From contig JBPGPT010000016.1 of the NCBI GenBank assembly GCA_051047955.1, forward strand, positions 186,001-250,000: DNA of 64,000 bases, written 5' to 3'. Origin of the DNA: Cystobasidiomycetes sp. EMM_F5 (lineage: Eukaryota). Of this stretch, positions 33,859 to 47,092 are shown one piece after another. The notes under the pieces were generated by a model. That model was given only the letters and a program-made list of their open reading frames with translations. It searched no databases and was not told the DNA's origin. The stretch's first letter is position 1. Each line of letters opens with the position of its first letter. The position numbers and the translations under genes are program-made.

Positions 33859-36202
33859 ATGTCCCATCCTACCACGCAGCCGCAGCCTGTCGAGGCCCCC
33901 AGTGCAACAATGGTCTCAAAGGGCGAAGAGATGGACGTCGCTACCGATAAGCCCGCTGGGCCGCCTGCGCAAACAACAGTTTTGGAAGGGAAACAATTGG
34001 TGTTCGCATTCACAGGAATGATGGTAGGTCAACGGTAAACACCGCGAATATGTTCTAATCAAGCCTACCCTTATTTCAGCTTGCCATCTTTCTCAGTCAG
34101 TCGCGACTTGTGTTTCGGCTCATCAGTATGGTATAGCTGACTCATTCTATCTCTGAATCAGTTGCGCTGGATCAGACAAGTAAGCTGCCATGTACTGCGA
34201 AATGTAGAGCCGCCTGACAACGTATCTTAGTTCTCGCCACTGCGCTGCCGGAAATCGTCACTACTTTCAACTCCCTGGACTCTGTAACATGGGTGTCTGG
34301 TGGATTCATCCTTGCTCAAACCGGTCTCATGACAACCTTCGGCCAGGTCACCGCCCTCTACGTTCCTAAGTAAGTTTATTGCGAGTGCGCGGAGAGCTGG
34401 ACTGATGTGATTTACAGATATGTCTTTATTTCCGCCATTATCGTCTTTGAGATTGGCTCCTTACTTGCTGGCGTCGCTCCGAACATTGACGTCCTCATTC
34501 TCGGCCGGTAAGCCGAGGTACTCCTGCCAGCTTACCTGTACAATGGCTGATGTCTCATACAGTGCAATTACTGGTGCAGGTGCAGCCGGGCTCATGGTGT
34601 CGATGATCACAATCATGTCAGTAACGGGTAATAACCAGCGGCCGGAGAAACACTGTTCACATTTCACATTGCTAGGACCGAAATGATCCCGCTTCACAAA
34701 CGCGCGGCATACATGGGCATTTTCGGCTCCGTCTTCGGATTGGCGTCCGTGGTCGGCCCTTTAATAGGTGATTTGCAGCACGAAAAAGAAAATAAGGGAT
34801 TTACTGACCATATATATGTATCAGGTGGCGGATTTACTGACCATGTGTGGGTGTTATATACAACGCAGTTGGCTGTAGGAGTCTGACAAGCGTTTATCGG
34901 ACAGAACTTGGAGGTGGTGCTTCTATATGTGAGTATGTAAGGAGACCACAGTGTTGCAAGGATCTGACGCCGTTTACAGCAATCTGCCTTTTGGCGGTAT
35001 AGCGCTTGCAGCTGCCGTCTTCCTCGTCAAAAAGTCCACGCCACCTGCAGTGTCGATGGGAGACAAGCGCAATGGTTGGCAAAGAATGCTGTCCATCGAC
35101 TGGGTTGGAACTGTTCTGGTACTAGGTTGTGTGACAGCTCTGGTCTTCGCAACAACGTATGGGCCGAACCGAGGCTGGAACAACGGAGGCGTAATCGCTG
35201 TAAGAACGTTTGCTGAGGATGGCTATTAACTAAGCTAATACTCGATCTCCCTAGTGCCTTGTTGTGTGCGGCAGTCTGGCCATACTGACCGTCGCCTGGG
35301 AGTGGTATCTTGGTGACAAGGCCATGATTCCGTTATCGCTTTTCAAGAACCGCTCTTTCTGCGCAGTCATTGGCTCGCAGGTGTCTAGTCGTTGGGTCAT
35401 GCTTGTTCCTGTGTACTATCTACCTATCTACTTCCAAGCTGTCAAAAACCACTCTGCAACGACCTCCGGTCTCGATCTTCTTGGAGTCATTCTCTCACTC
35501 ATCGTTACTGGAACAATCGTTGGCATAATTGTACGCAAGACTGGCAAGTATGTGTACTTTATCATCGCTGGTCCGCTGCTGTCAGTCATCGGCCTTGCTC
35601 TGCTATTCACCGTCAAGGTCGACACGAGCTTCGCAAACATTCTGGGATACGAGATCCTCGTCGGAGTTGGCATTGGTTTATACTTCCAGATGGGTATGCT
35701 TGCTGCGCAAGCTGAATTCGCAAAGGAGCGTGCGAAGATGTCTCGAGCTATGGGAGTTACAACAGGCTCTCAAATGTTGGGTGGCATTGTCGGATTAGCA
35801 ATTGCTGGTGCGGTGTTCGATCAAAAGCTGGCCAACAACCTCGAACAATTTGCACCTGGAGTACCCGCTATCGTCGCCAATGCTCCAACTGCTCTGCGCC
35901 AATACGTATCGGGCTCGACGCTGGACGCAGTAATTCTGTCGTACGTCAATGCCGTCAAGTATACATTCATCGTCTGCGTTCCTATCGCGGGAATCAGCGC
36001 TATCGTGGCTTTGTTCATTAAAAACAGGCCGATGATGGCACCGGGGGCTCCGCCCGCTGGCAAGAAACCGGAGGACGTGGAAAAGCAATCGCAGAACCCA
36101 TCTGAGCGTGCGGCCGAGGCAAATGATGTACAAGATAATGACACGACGAGGAGGAACAGCCTAGATGCTGTTTCGAAATCATCGAGCTCGAGTCCTGTAT
36201 GA
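33859..36202 (+). CDS. MFS drug:H+ antiporter (DHA2 / 14-TMS type), many short exons
   Basis: VALDQT-ILATALP, FEIGSLLAGVA, GRAITGAGAAG, SVVGPLIGG, WRWCFY-INLPFG, YYLPIYFQAVK. Confidence 0.92.
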
Positions 36203-36369
36203 CCTGCTCCCATTCAGTATATCTTCGACGTTGTATGAATAACTTAGTCTGTGCGGGTGATAAGCCTGCATATTGTAAACCCCAAATGATAGCCCAGGCT
36301 GCTGCATGGCTGGATATGTCGAATGCATTCGATAATGATTGCCACCATGATGCTTCACTCCGCCTTGAT

Positions 36370-38694
36370 ATGAGCGACCAAGCAGCGCAACCTCCCTCAA
36401 AGCGCATACGTCTGGACTCTGCGTCGTTGCAAAATGAAGCGGACTGCGATAATAATGTCGCATTGAAGCGGTTGAATCCGCTCTCCCTAGCGAGCCGTCT
36501 CCAGCTCGCAAAATTGGACACAACGTCTGCCGAGCAACTCGTCGGCATTCGAGGTTATGTCAACGCATCTGTTCCGCCAATTTCGAATGCCATCATCAAA
36601 CATCGCTTTACAGACTTTTTGGTCTGGGAGATTTCTCAGTCTGGAGAGGTTGTCAGGTTGAAAAATATCGCAAGGCCGATACCGTCACCAGATACGACAG
36701 CATCGTCGGACTTTCAAGAGAATGGAGCCGAGAGCGTTCCTTCAGAGGACGCTGAAAATGTCAACCTGCTTGATTACATGTCGTCAGAAAAGCTGCAAGC
36801 GCTGCAGCGATTCGTTGATGCGGGTCCTAATGACGACTCCATCATTTCCGATGTGAGTACGCCAAAGATCGTCCACCCGCTCAGGCTGAAGTTCGTGCAG
36901 ACAATAGCGTCTAAAGATGACCGCAAAGCATTTCACCAGGCAATCCGTATTGCATATAATGGAAAGCTGGTTACGGTTGCGCAGGAAGGAAGTGCAATTA
37001 AGATTTCCTGGGACCGCGGAGATTCCAAAGGTGATGTGATATCTATGTTGTCGGAATTTCGCTCAAGCTTGTTTCGTTCAGATCGCCGGTCTATTCGGCC
37101 ATCGAAACCAGGACAGCGCTCCCTTCCGCCATACATACAATTCACTCTGCAGAAAACGAATCGTGAGACTCAAGACTGCCTTTCACAACTTGCCTCAAGA
37201 TTGGGTGTGTACAACAGAGACCTCGCGACGGCAGGAACGAAAGACAAACGCGGTGTTACTACGCAACTCGTCACGCTCAAACGCGGGAAGCGTACAATCG
37301 AGGAAGTATGGGATCAAGCGAACGGGTTGCATCATGGGAAGTCTCGCGGCTTTCGTGGCTCCGGACAAGGTGGCTATCTGGACCGCAAAGGGATGCAGCC
37401 AACGGAAAGGGGCGAACGTGGCATCAGAATTGGAGATCTATCGTACGTGAAGACCCCTCTGGACTTAGGCATGTTACAAGGCAACCGGTTCTGCATAGTC
37501 TTGCGGTGAGGTTGGTCTCTACTTGTCAAGTCTTGTAGCACTGATACCTTATTGTCCGTCACAAGAAACGTTGATGCTCCCACAGACGATGCCATCTCTC
37601 TCGCTGTGGAAACCCTCAAAACGACTGGCTTCATCAACTTTTATGGAATGCAAAGATTCGGTAATTCGTCGGTGCCAACACACGCTATTGGGCTTGCACT
37701 GTTGCGGAGCGAGTGGGAAGAAGCAGCCCGTCTCATCATCAGTGAACGGGATGGCGATACTGACGAGACTAAGGCCGCTCGTACGGCCTGGTTGACCGAT
37801 CGCAATGCGGAGCGAGCCTTGTCCATGATGCCGAAATGGGCTATCGCTGAACGCAGCCGTACGTTGTGATGAGTCCAAGCTGATGTCCCCCTTCGGCTGA
37901 CATGATGGTCTCTAGTATTGGAGTTCTACAGGTCTGAAAGCAGTGCAACAAATCATTACGGTGCCATTTCGCGGATACCCAAAAACTTACGGATGATGTA
38001 CGTGCACGCTTACCAGTCGTACATATGGAACTCGGCAGTTTCCGAAAGGATACGACTGTATGGATGTGAGAAGCCCATAGTCGGAGATCTGGTGTATGCC
38101 GATAACACAACTCAACCAAGTGAGGAAACGCAGTCGGAGGAGTTCAAACAGCCTTTAGAGCACGCGAGAGGATCGAAAGAGGCCCTTCAAGCTGCTTCGA
38201 AGGTGGCGAAAGTGACAGTCCTCACCGAAGACCAGTTGCTCAATTATACCATACATGACGTCGTTTTGCCTTTGCCGGGCTACATGGTCACGTACCCTGG
38301 TGGTGCGCTGGGAGAGTTGTATAGGGACATGATGCGTGCCGACGGGCTGGATGCAGACGATTTGTTCCGCAAACAGAAGGAAACGTCGCTGGGTGGCGCG
38401 TATAGAAAAATCGTCACGAGATTAAGCGATCTCACCTGGGAAGTCAGAAAGTACGATGATGCAAATGAGCAGCTTACAACGCCCGACGAGGACGCTCTCT
38501 TGGGTATACATCCTCCGCCTGCGAGAGGTCCTGGCAATAAAACTGCACTTATTCTATCCTTCAATTTGAATACGGCAAGCTACGCTACGATGGCATTGAG
38601 AGAAGTGTTGAAGACAGAGACCGGGAATGTGCAGCAGAAGGCGCTGTCGGAGGCCTTGCTTGACGACAAAGCCAGTGATGCCGCGCAAGGATAG
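36370..38694 (+). CDS. PUS7: Pseudouridine synthase 7 (TruD family)
   Basis: IKHRFTDFLVWEI, catalytic AGTKDKRGVTTQ, LQGNRF, GFINFYGMQRFG, MYVHAYQSYIWN, GAYRK, SYATMALRE. Confidence 0.96.
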
Positions 38695-38823
38695 CTGCCG
38701 GACGAGTCTGCTTGATGTTGTTGATGCTGCTCTCCAACCTGCTTCAGAGGTGCACGAAATGGCGTGTTGCTCGAGCCTGAAGAAGCCTCTTGCCGCTTGT
38801 ATGTTTTGACGAGCGTGCCGTTC

Positions 38824-39844
38824 TCATTGACGGGCAGCGGTACGACCATTTGATCCGCTGTCATCGCTACCACCACTAAGAAGCAGCACCAAAAGAACCG
38901 GAACGATGTACATCCAATACCTAGTACAGATGCGGATCGATCAGCTGGGGTCGCTTCCAGGATAGAATAATTACCCTTCGACGTACTTTTGTATAAAACT
39001 GCATTCAATATATCGTGCGGTATGTCGTACGGCATATCGTACTGTCAGCACAGACATTCTCCCTTCCTTATCGGTAGGTTATGCGAACGCACCTCTTCTC
39101 AGGCTCCGGCTTTTGTATCGTACCGTCGGGCTGGTATTGCACGACGACTGGTTCCAATAGTATGGGGCTATTCGATAGTCAATTTGCGATCTGATGCGAG
39201 TGCAAGAGCGGTACACACCTAGGTCCCAACGACGATCGGCGTATGCGGATGGTCGTGTTCGTTTCGGTGGCCATGATGCATATTGCGGGGGTTGGACTAG
39301 AGCAGACGTTGTGCGGTGAGACCCGGTATGCCATGTGCAACGGTCGATTGTGGGCTTCGGGCGGCATGTACAGCGTTATTGTGTCGTGCAGCAATGCAGA
39401 ACCTTGTAATTTGAGTGAGGACTGTCCTCGTTAATTTAGCTGCCAGTCGGTGCGACGCGAGGTGGGAAGATTACCGTCGATACAGACACATAGTTGTCGA
39501 CGTCCGCATTCTCTTCGACTTTGTATCCAACTTGATAAAGGTCGCCGTGCCCGAGCCCATCCAGCAGGTTATTGTCTCTGGCTGAACTCCAGTTGACGGA
39601 AGGTGCACCAGAATCATGAATGGTCACAACGCCGCGTTCTTCCCACGTCCGCTGACGTTGGTCACCCGATACCACAAGGCGGTGGAAGATGTGCACTTGA
39701 CTGATGCCTCCATCATCGAGTGGTTCCTGCGATAGGGAAATGTTATATAAAGCCTTAACCCAACACAATGCCACGGCGTACAGCTCGCGACAGTAAGCTC
39801 GCTGCAAGTGTTAGAACAGTGCATGTTGCTTGGATACGCTTCAT
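38824..39844 (-). CDS. EMC10: ER membrane protein complex subunit 10-like
   Basis: Signal peptide, WEERGVV, and spliced C-terminus PEPEK-SFIQK-YWMYIVPVLLVLLLSGG, the EMC10 signature. Confidence 0.8.
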
Positions 39845-39992
39845 TGGTCGAAAGGCAGGAGTGTGGGCGTTGTGTGCACTCCGCCGGACTGCTTGCGGTC
39901 GCTATAATTTCATTAGAGCCACTGGCTACGCTACAGAATCTACAGAAAGGACACCACTAATCTTAACCTTCTGCGGTTACAACTTAACAGGA

Positions 39993-42900
39993 TCAAGCCG
40001 TGCCCATCTGCTTTTTGAGCGAATCCACTGTCAAGTCGTTCACAATTCAGCACTGCACGAGCGCAGCCAGGCATAGGAGAACACTTACGGGCCGCGTTTG
40101 CTTTCAGAATAATGCCACTTTGCAGGCTGACTTTGCCCTTGCCCTTGGTGGGACCAAGCACGACCCTTGCTTCAATAATGGTTTGGAAAAGGTCTCGCGC
40201 TCTTGCTTGATTGGCAGCACCTCCTATGCGAGTCAGAAGACGACCAAGCTCGAAGTGCGCATACCATGCTATTTGATGTTCTAGTGTCAAATGGGTGGCG
40301 TTGTTTATGATGAGCTCGAATGACTGAGGCATACAGTCTGTTAGCTTTGACAATGCTTCTACTGTAACTCAGCCGACATACATTCAAAGCTTGCTCGTCT
40401 GCCTCTTCCAGCTTGAGTGGACACTCTGGAGGATCCAGTTTGACATGCTGTTCTGGCCGCGCAACCAGAACCAATACGACGCCACGCAGCAGATGAGCAA
40501 GACAGTAATCTGCTCTATCATCATCAGATTCCGATCGTGTTTGAGGATCTAGTCAGGGCTCACCATCCCACCATGCTTCGTGCTCACTGCTGGCATGCCT
40601 TTGGGCGTCGAGCCTCGCCAAGCTAGCGTCAATCTGACGCAGATGGCGGCCCGAAAGTGCATATCTGGGGGCCAGCGGAAGAGCTTGAAAGGTGTATGCC
40701 AACTCGAGACCCGGAAGAACAAGATGACCGTTTTGAGCAGCATATCGCCTGGATTTACGCGCCACAAACTTTTCAAAGGGCAGGGACTTTCCTGCAATCT
40801 TTTTCATGTGACCGGTGATGGTAGACATAATCTCAAGGATCCTTTGTTCATTCTTCGCGTCTTTGTGGCTATCTTCCTTGCCGTTGTCGCCAGCAATGTT
40901 GCACTCGTACAGAGTGACCGCTTGAGTGTATGCATAAACGGCTTTACTCCAGTTAGATTCTGTCGCCAATATGTCGAAAGACGTGTGTGCAGACTTGTAA
41001 TCACCCAGAGATAGGTAAGTGAGACCCATATCTGTCGTGACTCTGAGCGCTAGGCGATTAGAGCAGGCAATACCGTCAGACTCACCCCAATTGACGATAT
41101 GCTGGATCTGTCGGTACTCTTTCTCGCTCTCGATAGCCTTATGGTATTGCTCGATGGCTACGGTGCCGAGGGTTTGCGTAGAGTACAAACGTCCAGAAAA
41201 GTACAGCCAGAAGACGCCATTCGGGTATCGCTGAAGATTGTATTTGAGTATGTTCTCGGCGAGTTCGATGTCGACGTCCGGTATAGGCATGATACTCGAT
41301 ATGATCAGATGGTACATGAGTAGCTGTAAGTCACAAACCTGGAGTGTGCGCATTAGCAGAACTCCTGCACTCGGTAGCAAAGGGAAAACATACACATCGA
41401 CGCAGCCCTTCGTTTCCCGGCCCTTCACCTCGTTCAGGTGCCGCCTGGCCTCGCACCCAACCTCCAGGCTCCATCAGCGTGCGCAAAGCTTCTTCTCGGT
41501 TTCCGCCAAAGCCAAATATCTCCATGATTCGACCGGCGGTGCTTGGCAGGAGCGATAGAATAAGCGAGATACAGCCTGTACCGAGCGAGACGCCACTTCG
41601 GAAATCCAGATCGATACTAGGATCATAGCCGCCTTTATGGATACTATCTTTGTGCGCAACGTATTTTTGCAATACGCGGTACGTAGCGTGGGCGGTGCGC
41701 ATATTGAAGGCTCTGTGGACATCTGTCAGCGACTGCAGGCCTACGACTGATAGGTAAGCAATACTCACTCTCTCAGGAAGGCCAGCCAGTCGCCTGCATA
41801 CATTAGCCCTACGACCGCTTTTCTGTGACGAGCGAAGGCTCAGCATGAAATATTGAGACGTCGACAATTGACGTACAAGAGTAAACACTCTGCATATGCC
41901 AATTCGGCATGCTTTTGCTCGTCAGTCATCCGGGCAACCTGATCTGTCGTCAAGCCACTTCCACGCATGGCAGCTCCCGCTGCCGAGCCGATGCGTTCAG
42001 TCCATGATTTTTGTACCGTACTCTTTTCACGAGCAGCAAGATCCAAAGTGATGCGGCACAGTTCCACGGCCTCGGCGAGATCAGTCGGTTCAAAGGTCAT
42101 CATTGCCTTCATTGCGTTGATGAGTGATGTGCCTAGAGAATAATACAGCCGATCCTTGTGATGCTCAAGCATGACGACCTCGGCTGAAGAAAGAATCGTT
42201 GCGTCAGGTGCGGCCATCGGATGAGAAGCCCCTGTCAAGTAGACATACCGTCCTTCATACGACTGTTTAAAAACAGATTGACGGCATACCAGGTCTGACG
42301 GATATCTGCCCGCAATTGGCTTTCTCCAGGCACTGGCAGACTGGCCTGAGGCCTCGCAGCTGGAGGCTTCTTACCATTTTGTAATAGTGCTGTGGCAGAT
42401 GATACTGGGGCTGAAGCGGTGGACAAGGCTTTCGGTGGAACGCTCGATACGATCAAAGGATGGGAGAAAGAAGTAGGCGGAAGTCCGGATGGGGTTTCTT
42501 CGGCTTCAAAGAATTCGTCGGGCGAATCGTAAACGTCGTCGTCATCGGATGCCGATGTTGAAATTGTCAATATTGATGTTTCGGCCTTGTTTCCAGCTCC
42601 TCGCGAGAGGAAACCGCTGTCGCCGGCTGTTGTTACTGAGGTAGCCGTGACATGAGTGTCATTACTGTGAGAATGTGCAGAGACGATCTGGGTTCCATCG
42701 ATAGACCTTGGCTTTAGACTGCTGGCGTTACTCTTGCGGCTGGCATAACTTGCAGATCTGCTTCCAGCTGGTCTCGTTTGCTTGTCGGAAATTGTGTCTA
42801 CATGACCGTGTGCGTGAGTGTGCGTCTTGGCCGAGCCATGGCTAGTGAGTCTGCGACTCGCTGGTATTGCATCACTGGAATCATGTCGGAATGATGCCAA

Positions 42901-43438
42901 AAGATCCCGGACATGCATTGTAACTTTATGGGGCGAATCGTGCTCTGAAGACAGAGTACTGCGGGGCAATAAACGTAGAATGATGGTGTTGGATGTATTT
43001 CGCGGTCAGCCGCGTTTATCGCCGAAGCCGAGTAGGATGTCATCAGCAGTAGATTACGCAGGGAGCAGCAAGCGGAGCCGCAGTAAAGATGAGTGCACCA
43101 GTCAGTAATGCTTGCGTGAAATACAAAGTGCTTCCCCACCTAGACCTGTCAGTTGAAAGGTGCTTGCTCGCGCTGCTCGCGCTACGCATCTGCTCAGGAG
43201 CCTGCTCGCTCTGCATCTGCGAATGATGGCCGCCGTTCACTTTGGCGACCTGCGCACTGCTGTTACTTCTGCTGCCTTTGCCAAGTCTGAAGATGCTCGT
43301 TGCTGTACGGGAGCGTTGCAGGATCCCAGGCTTGCCAGGAGCTGGCTGCTGAGGCGGAGGGTCCTGCGATGCTATCAGACTGTCGAAAGGTATACTGCTA
43401 CTGCTACTGCCATTGTGCTCATTCTGACTGCCGGTCAT
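39993..43438 (-). CDS. IML2: IML2/TTC39-family TPR-like protein with Ser-rich N-terminus
   Basis: LFLNSRM, MMTFEP, HAELAYAECLL, DFRSGVSLG, FGFGGNRE, YPNGVFWLYFSGRL, ESNWSKAVY, IAGKSLPFEKFVARK. Confidence 0.88.
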
Positions 43439-43579
43439 GTCTCGTGTCTTTCGAATGACGCAGATCCAAGCAGAGGCAAGGGGCAACTTGAACAATCAGA
43501 TAATCGGCAGGTGCCGAGTGGCTTGCAGCGACAACAACAAACGCCAACAGTGTACATGTATGTAAATGCATACATAGCC

Positions 43580-44914
43580 TCAATAATACTCCAAGAATCT
43601 GCAGAGATTCAGTTCTACAGTTAGCACATGTGTCTCTGAAAGGGGCATGGAAACACCCACAAAAGACTAAGACTGGCTCCGAGAAGGAAGATGAGCAACC
43701 ACACCCTTCCCTCACGATTACGTTCTCGTGCCTGCTTCAATTCTTTATTGCCATCCTCGACTCTGCCAGTCACGAGGACCGCATCTTCCCAGAGCTTGTC
43801 TGTAATTTCCGACTGCTGCGTCAGATGCACGACGAGTTCGCTCTGCAGCGCCGATATCTCCAACAGTGAAGCTTGTGCTTTCTCGATGCTTGCCAATTGA
43901 GCGTTGGCTTCCTGCAGTAGCTGTGAGGATTCAGACTCAAATTGCTGCATTTGCTTTTGAGTTAGAATACTGTCAATGGGTTGATAATCTTCATCATCGT
44001 AGCCATTCATGTCTCCAGATTTAGCATTGCCATAGATGGGCGCGGGAACGTATGCGTCTGGTACGCCGTCTATCCCGTTTACCTTCTGTTTGGAGCCTGG
44101 ATCGCCTTTACCAGTAGCACTGACAGAAGCTGTCATTAGAGCTGCACTCCCAGCAGCCATGCTCTGGTGTTCCAGCTGGCGATTGATACGCGCTTCCTGC
44201 TGTTCTTTCTGTAACCGGCTGGTATCTGCCAACGCCCTCGACAGGTAGAGAGCAACGGCTACTCTGTGCGCGTGTAATTGATCCTCGGATGCTTGCGCAC
44301 TGTTTGTTAGTCCGGATGGTAGTCCAAGCAAACGAGTGAAGCTGGATCCAGGCAGGGAAGACAATTGTGAGTGTAGTCGAGCGTGTCGATCTGTAGGCAG
44401 CCATTATTTCAACACGATGCATCAGCCTAGTCGTAGGCTAAGAGTAAACTCTTCACCTACTCTTCTCTGCTTGTTCGAGTTCCTTTACGCGCTGGGAAGC
44501 GCTCTTCAAAACAGTCTTGGCCTGATAATCCACCTCGTCCCGCTCGCGGTCGTCCAGCCACCTGATATCCCTCCAGGCATCCAATAGACCCTTGCTCAGA
44601 TCGAGTTGACCTTTGTTGACAGCTTTGCCCTTGTTTCGGGATGACGAGGTTGCATTGCTCGACGAGACATCCAAGTATGCTCTTCGAATGCTTCTGAGAA
44701 AAGCACTCAAGCTGTGCAGAGACGACAGCACTCTACGAGCTTCTACTATCCAGATATCGATGGTGGGGTCCGCTGCGTCAATCTGGTCCAGCGGGGTGTG
44801 CGCCGCTTTTACGCGCAGTCTTCGAGCGCGCAGTGATTCTGACGGCAATTTAGCAGAAGAAGAACCAGCGAGCGATGAGACGAGTTCTCGGAATTCATTG
44901 CTGCGGGATGGCAT
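43580..44914 (-). CDS. UFE1: Syntaxin-18 / Ufe1 ER Qa-SNARE
   Basis: FLRSIRRAYL, ERDEVD, HRVAVALYLSRAL, QFESE, SLLEISALQSELVVHL, GNKELKQA, C-terminal TM ending LFLEYY. Confidence 0.88.
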
Positions 44915-45067
44915 GGTCGCTGGGATTGCACAGAGTTGCGCATGTCGAAAGCTGAACTTGAAAGACTTGCCGACGTTCAGCCTAAGAACAACTCTGCCTC
45001 CGTCCGGCACATCGACACTGCAGACTTTTGATGGCATTGTAGCTTCTGCATTCGCACTCTTCACATC

Positions 45068-47092
45068 ATGTCTGCTCCCGTCAAGCGACGCTTCGTTGGT
45101 CGGGCTCCGGGCACGACTGCTCCAAGTGCAAACTCGAATGGCCCTAAAACTGCCTCGCAACCCGTCTTCAACCAGATCCCGCAGGACATCCTCAACGATG
45201 GACTGCTCAACGCAGCTATAGGAGCACTGCTGCCGTCCAATTACAGCTTCGAGGTGCACAAGACAATCTGGCATGTGCGAAAATATAGCATTCAGCGTGT
45301 AGCGTTGCAGGTGGGGAGCCCTTGTATGGAGCAGGACACTGCGGACACTTAGATACTGATTGTCCTTATTGGCATGTCATACCATGTCGTACCAGATGCC
45401 AGAAGGGCTGGCTATGTTTGCGACTTCGCTGGCAGATTTGGTCGAGCGATTTACTGATGCAGAGTCAGTCAATAGCATTGGAATACGAGTGTATATCTGA
45501 CTGAAATTCCACAGAGCAGTCATATTGGCTGATGTGACCTATGGAGCGTGCTGCGTTGACGATTACACGGCAAAAGCACTCGGATGTGACATGCTCGTCC
45601 ACTATGGACACAGTTGTCTCAGTAAGTCGATCCTTGTGTCTCGTCCTCCCGCTTCCACGTCCCACTTCCCCCTTTTCACGATGAATAAAAAACATATGGT
45701 TCGATTATACGAAGCCAACGGCTCAAGAACGGAAACTGTTTCGAACTCCTACTAGAGTTCTCAGTCTGATTACCACTTTCCACACCCTCGTTGTGTGTCG
45801 CAACTCGCAGCGTGACTGACAACTGCCGTTCTCCAGTTCCGATCGACACTACATCCATCCGATGTTTGTATGTCTTTGTTGAAATTTCAGTGGATACCGA
45901 GCATCTCCTCGACACGATACGTCTCAACTTTCCTCCCTGTCTCCCATCAACATCGCAAGTGCGAATGAAGGGAGGTAATATGCGACAAGATCAACCGGCA
46001 ATTGCCATCGAGGCAGATGCTGTCGAGCCAGAACATGTGATTCCCGACGACGAGGTAATTACAAACTTCCACATGGCGGTCGTAGGGACCGTGCAATTTT
46101 TATCTGCTGTGCATGGCTTGAAAGAAGATTTGGAGAACCCTACACTGGCTGAAAAGCCATTTACAAGCCGCCTTGCAATCACGGGCATCACCCAAGATCA
46201 GTCTGCTCCCGCTGCGCCACAGCGCAAGCGGACTAAATGGCAAGTCACCATACCGCAAGTGAAGCCGCTGTCCCCAGGCGAAATACTGGGCTGTACTGCA
46301 CCTCGCTTGCCAAGCAATGTCGATGCCCTGCTTTACGTAGGCGATGGGCGATTCCACCTAGAAAGCGTCATGATTGCGAATCCCTCCGTCCCTGCGTATC
46401 GTTATGATCCGTACAGCAAACGCTTGACGAGAGAGGAGTATGATCACGGAGATATGCGAAAATTGAGAGCGGATGCCATTGCACAGGCCAAGAAGACCCT
46501 TCCGAGTCCGCAGAAACAAGCTTCCGAGCCATTGACTACGGATCAAGGTGGCTTGAGCTGGGCTGTCGTTCTGGGCACTCTTGGGAGACAAGGCTCACTA
46601 GCCGTCTTGTCATCCATCACCTCTTGTCTTCCCCTATCATCTACGATCCCGATCCTCCTATCTGAGTTATCACCAGCAAAATTGAGTTTGCTTGGACCGC
46701 AAGTTGGAGCATACGTACAAACTTCTTGTCCGAGGTTGAGTATTGACTGGGGTGCAGCCTTCGACAAGCCTCTGCTCAGTCCGTATGAGGCCAACGTAGT
46801 CTTCGGCAAAGCTCAGTCTCGCTGGGCAGCCCAAATACCTTCTCTGGATAGCGTTAGAGCGCCTCCTGGATACTCGGATCAGCCGTCTACGTCAGCAGCC
46901 CAGATGTCGCCAGATACAGATCCGCAAGAATATCCCATGGACTTTTACGCTGATTCATCTCTCGGTCGATGGACACCTAGGTGGCATATCGGACAAGCTG
47001 ATCGGGAGCGCAAGGAGCGACAACGATCACGCGCACTCGAACGTGAAAGGGCTGTCCTTAAGGCATCGCCCGTGCAGACAGCCGCGGCGTAG
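45068..47092 (+). CDS. DPH1: Diphthamide biosynthesis protein 1
   Basis: [89 protein letters not shown]. Confidence 0.97.
45678..45769 (+). ncRNA. Putative intronic box C/D snoRNA in DPH1 intron
   Basis: Variant C box ACGATGA (45678-45684), D box CTGA (45766-45769), 92 nt long, inside a 215-nt intron. ATGGTTCGATTA (45696-45707) is complementary to the conserved LSU rRNA motif TAATCGAACCAT. Confidence 0.65.

Noticed and set aside
36199..36369. Apparent overlap of the PUS7 ORF start with the MFS stop codon
   Set aside because: The upstream in-frame ATGs most likely extend through intergenic sequence; the plausible start is MSDQAAQPP at 36370.
39008..39043. Degenerate 12-bp tandem repeat in an EMC10 intron
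   Set aside because: Three imperfect copies, most simply explained by local slippage.
44613..45274. Long antisense ORFs over UFE1/DPH1 (similar ones at 7040-7465 and inside PRP8)
   Set aside because: These are shadow frames of real genes on the opposite strand and show no recognisable motifs.
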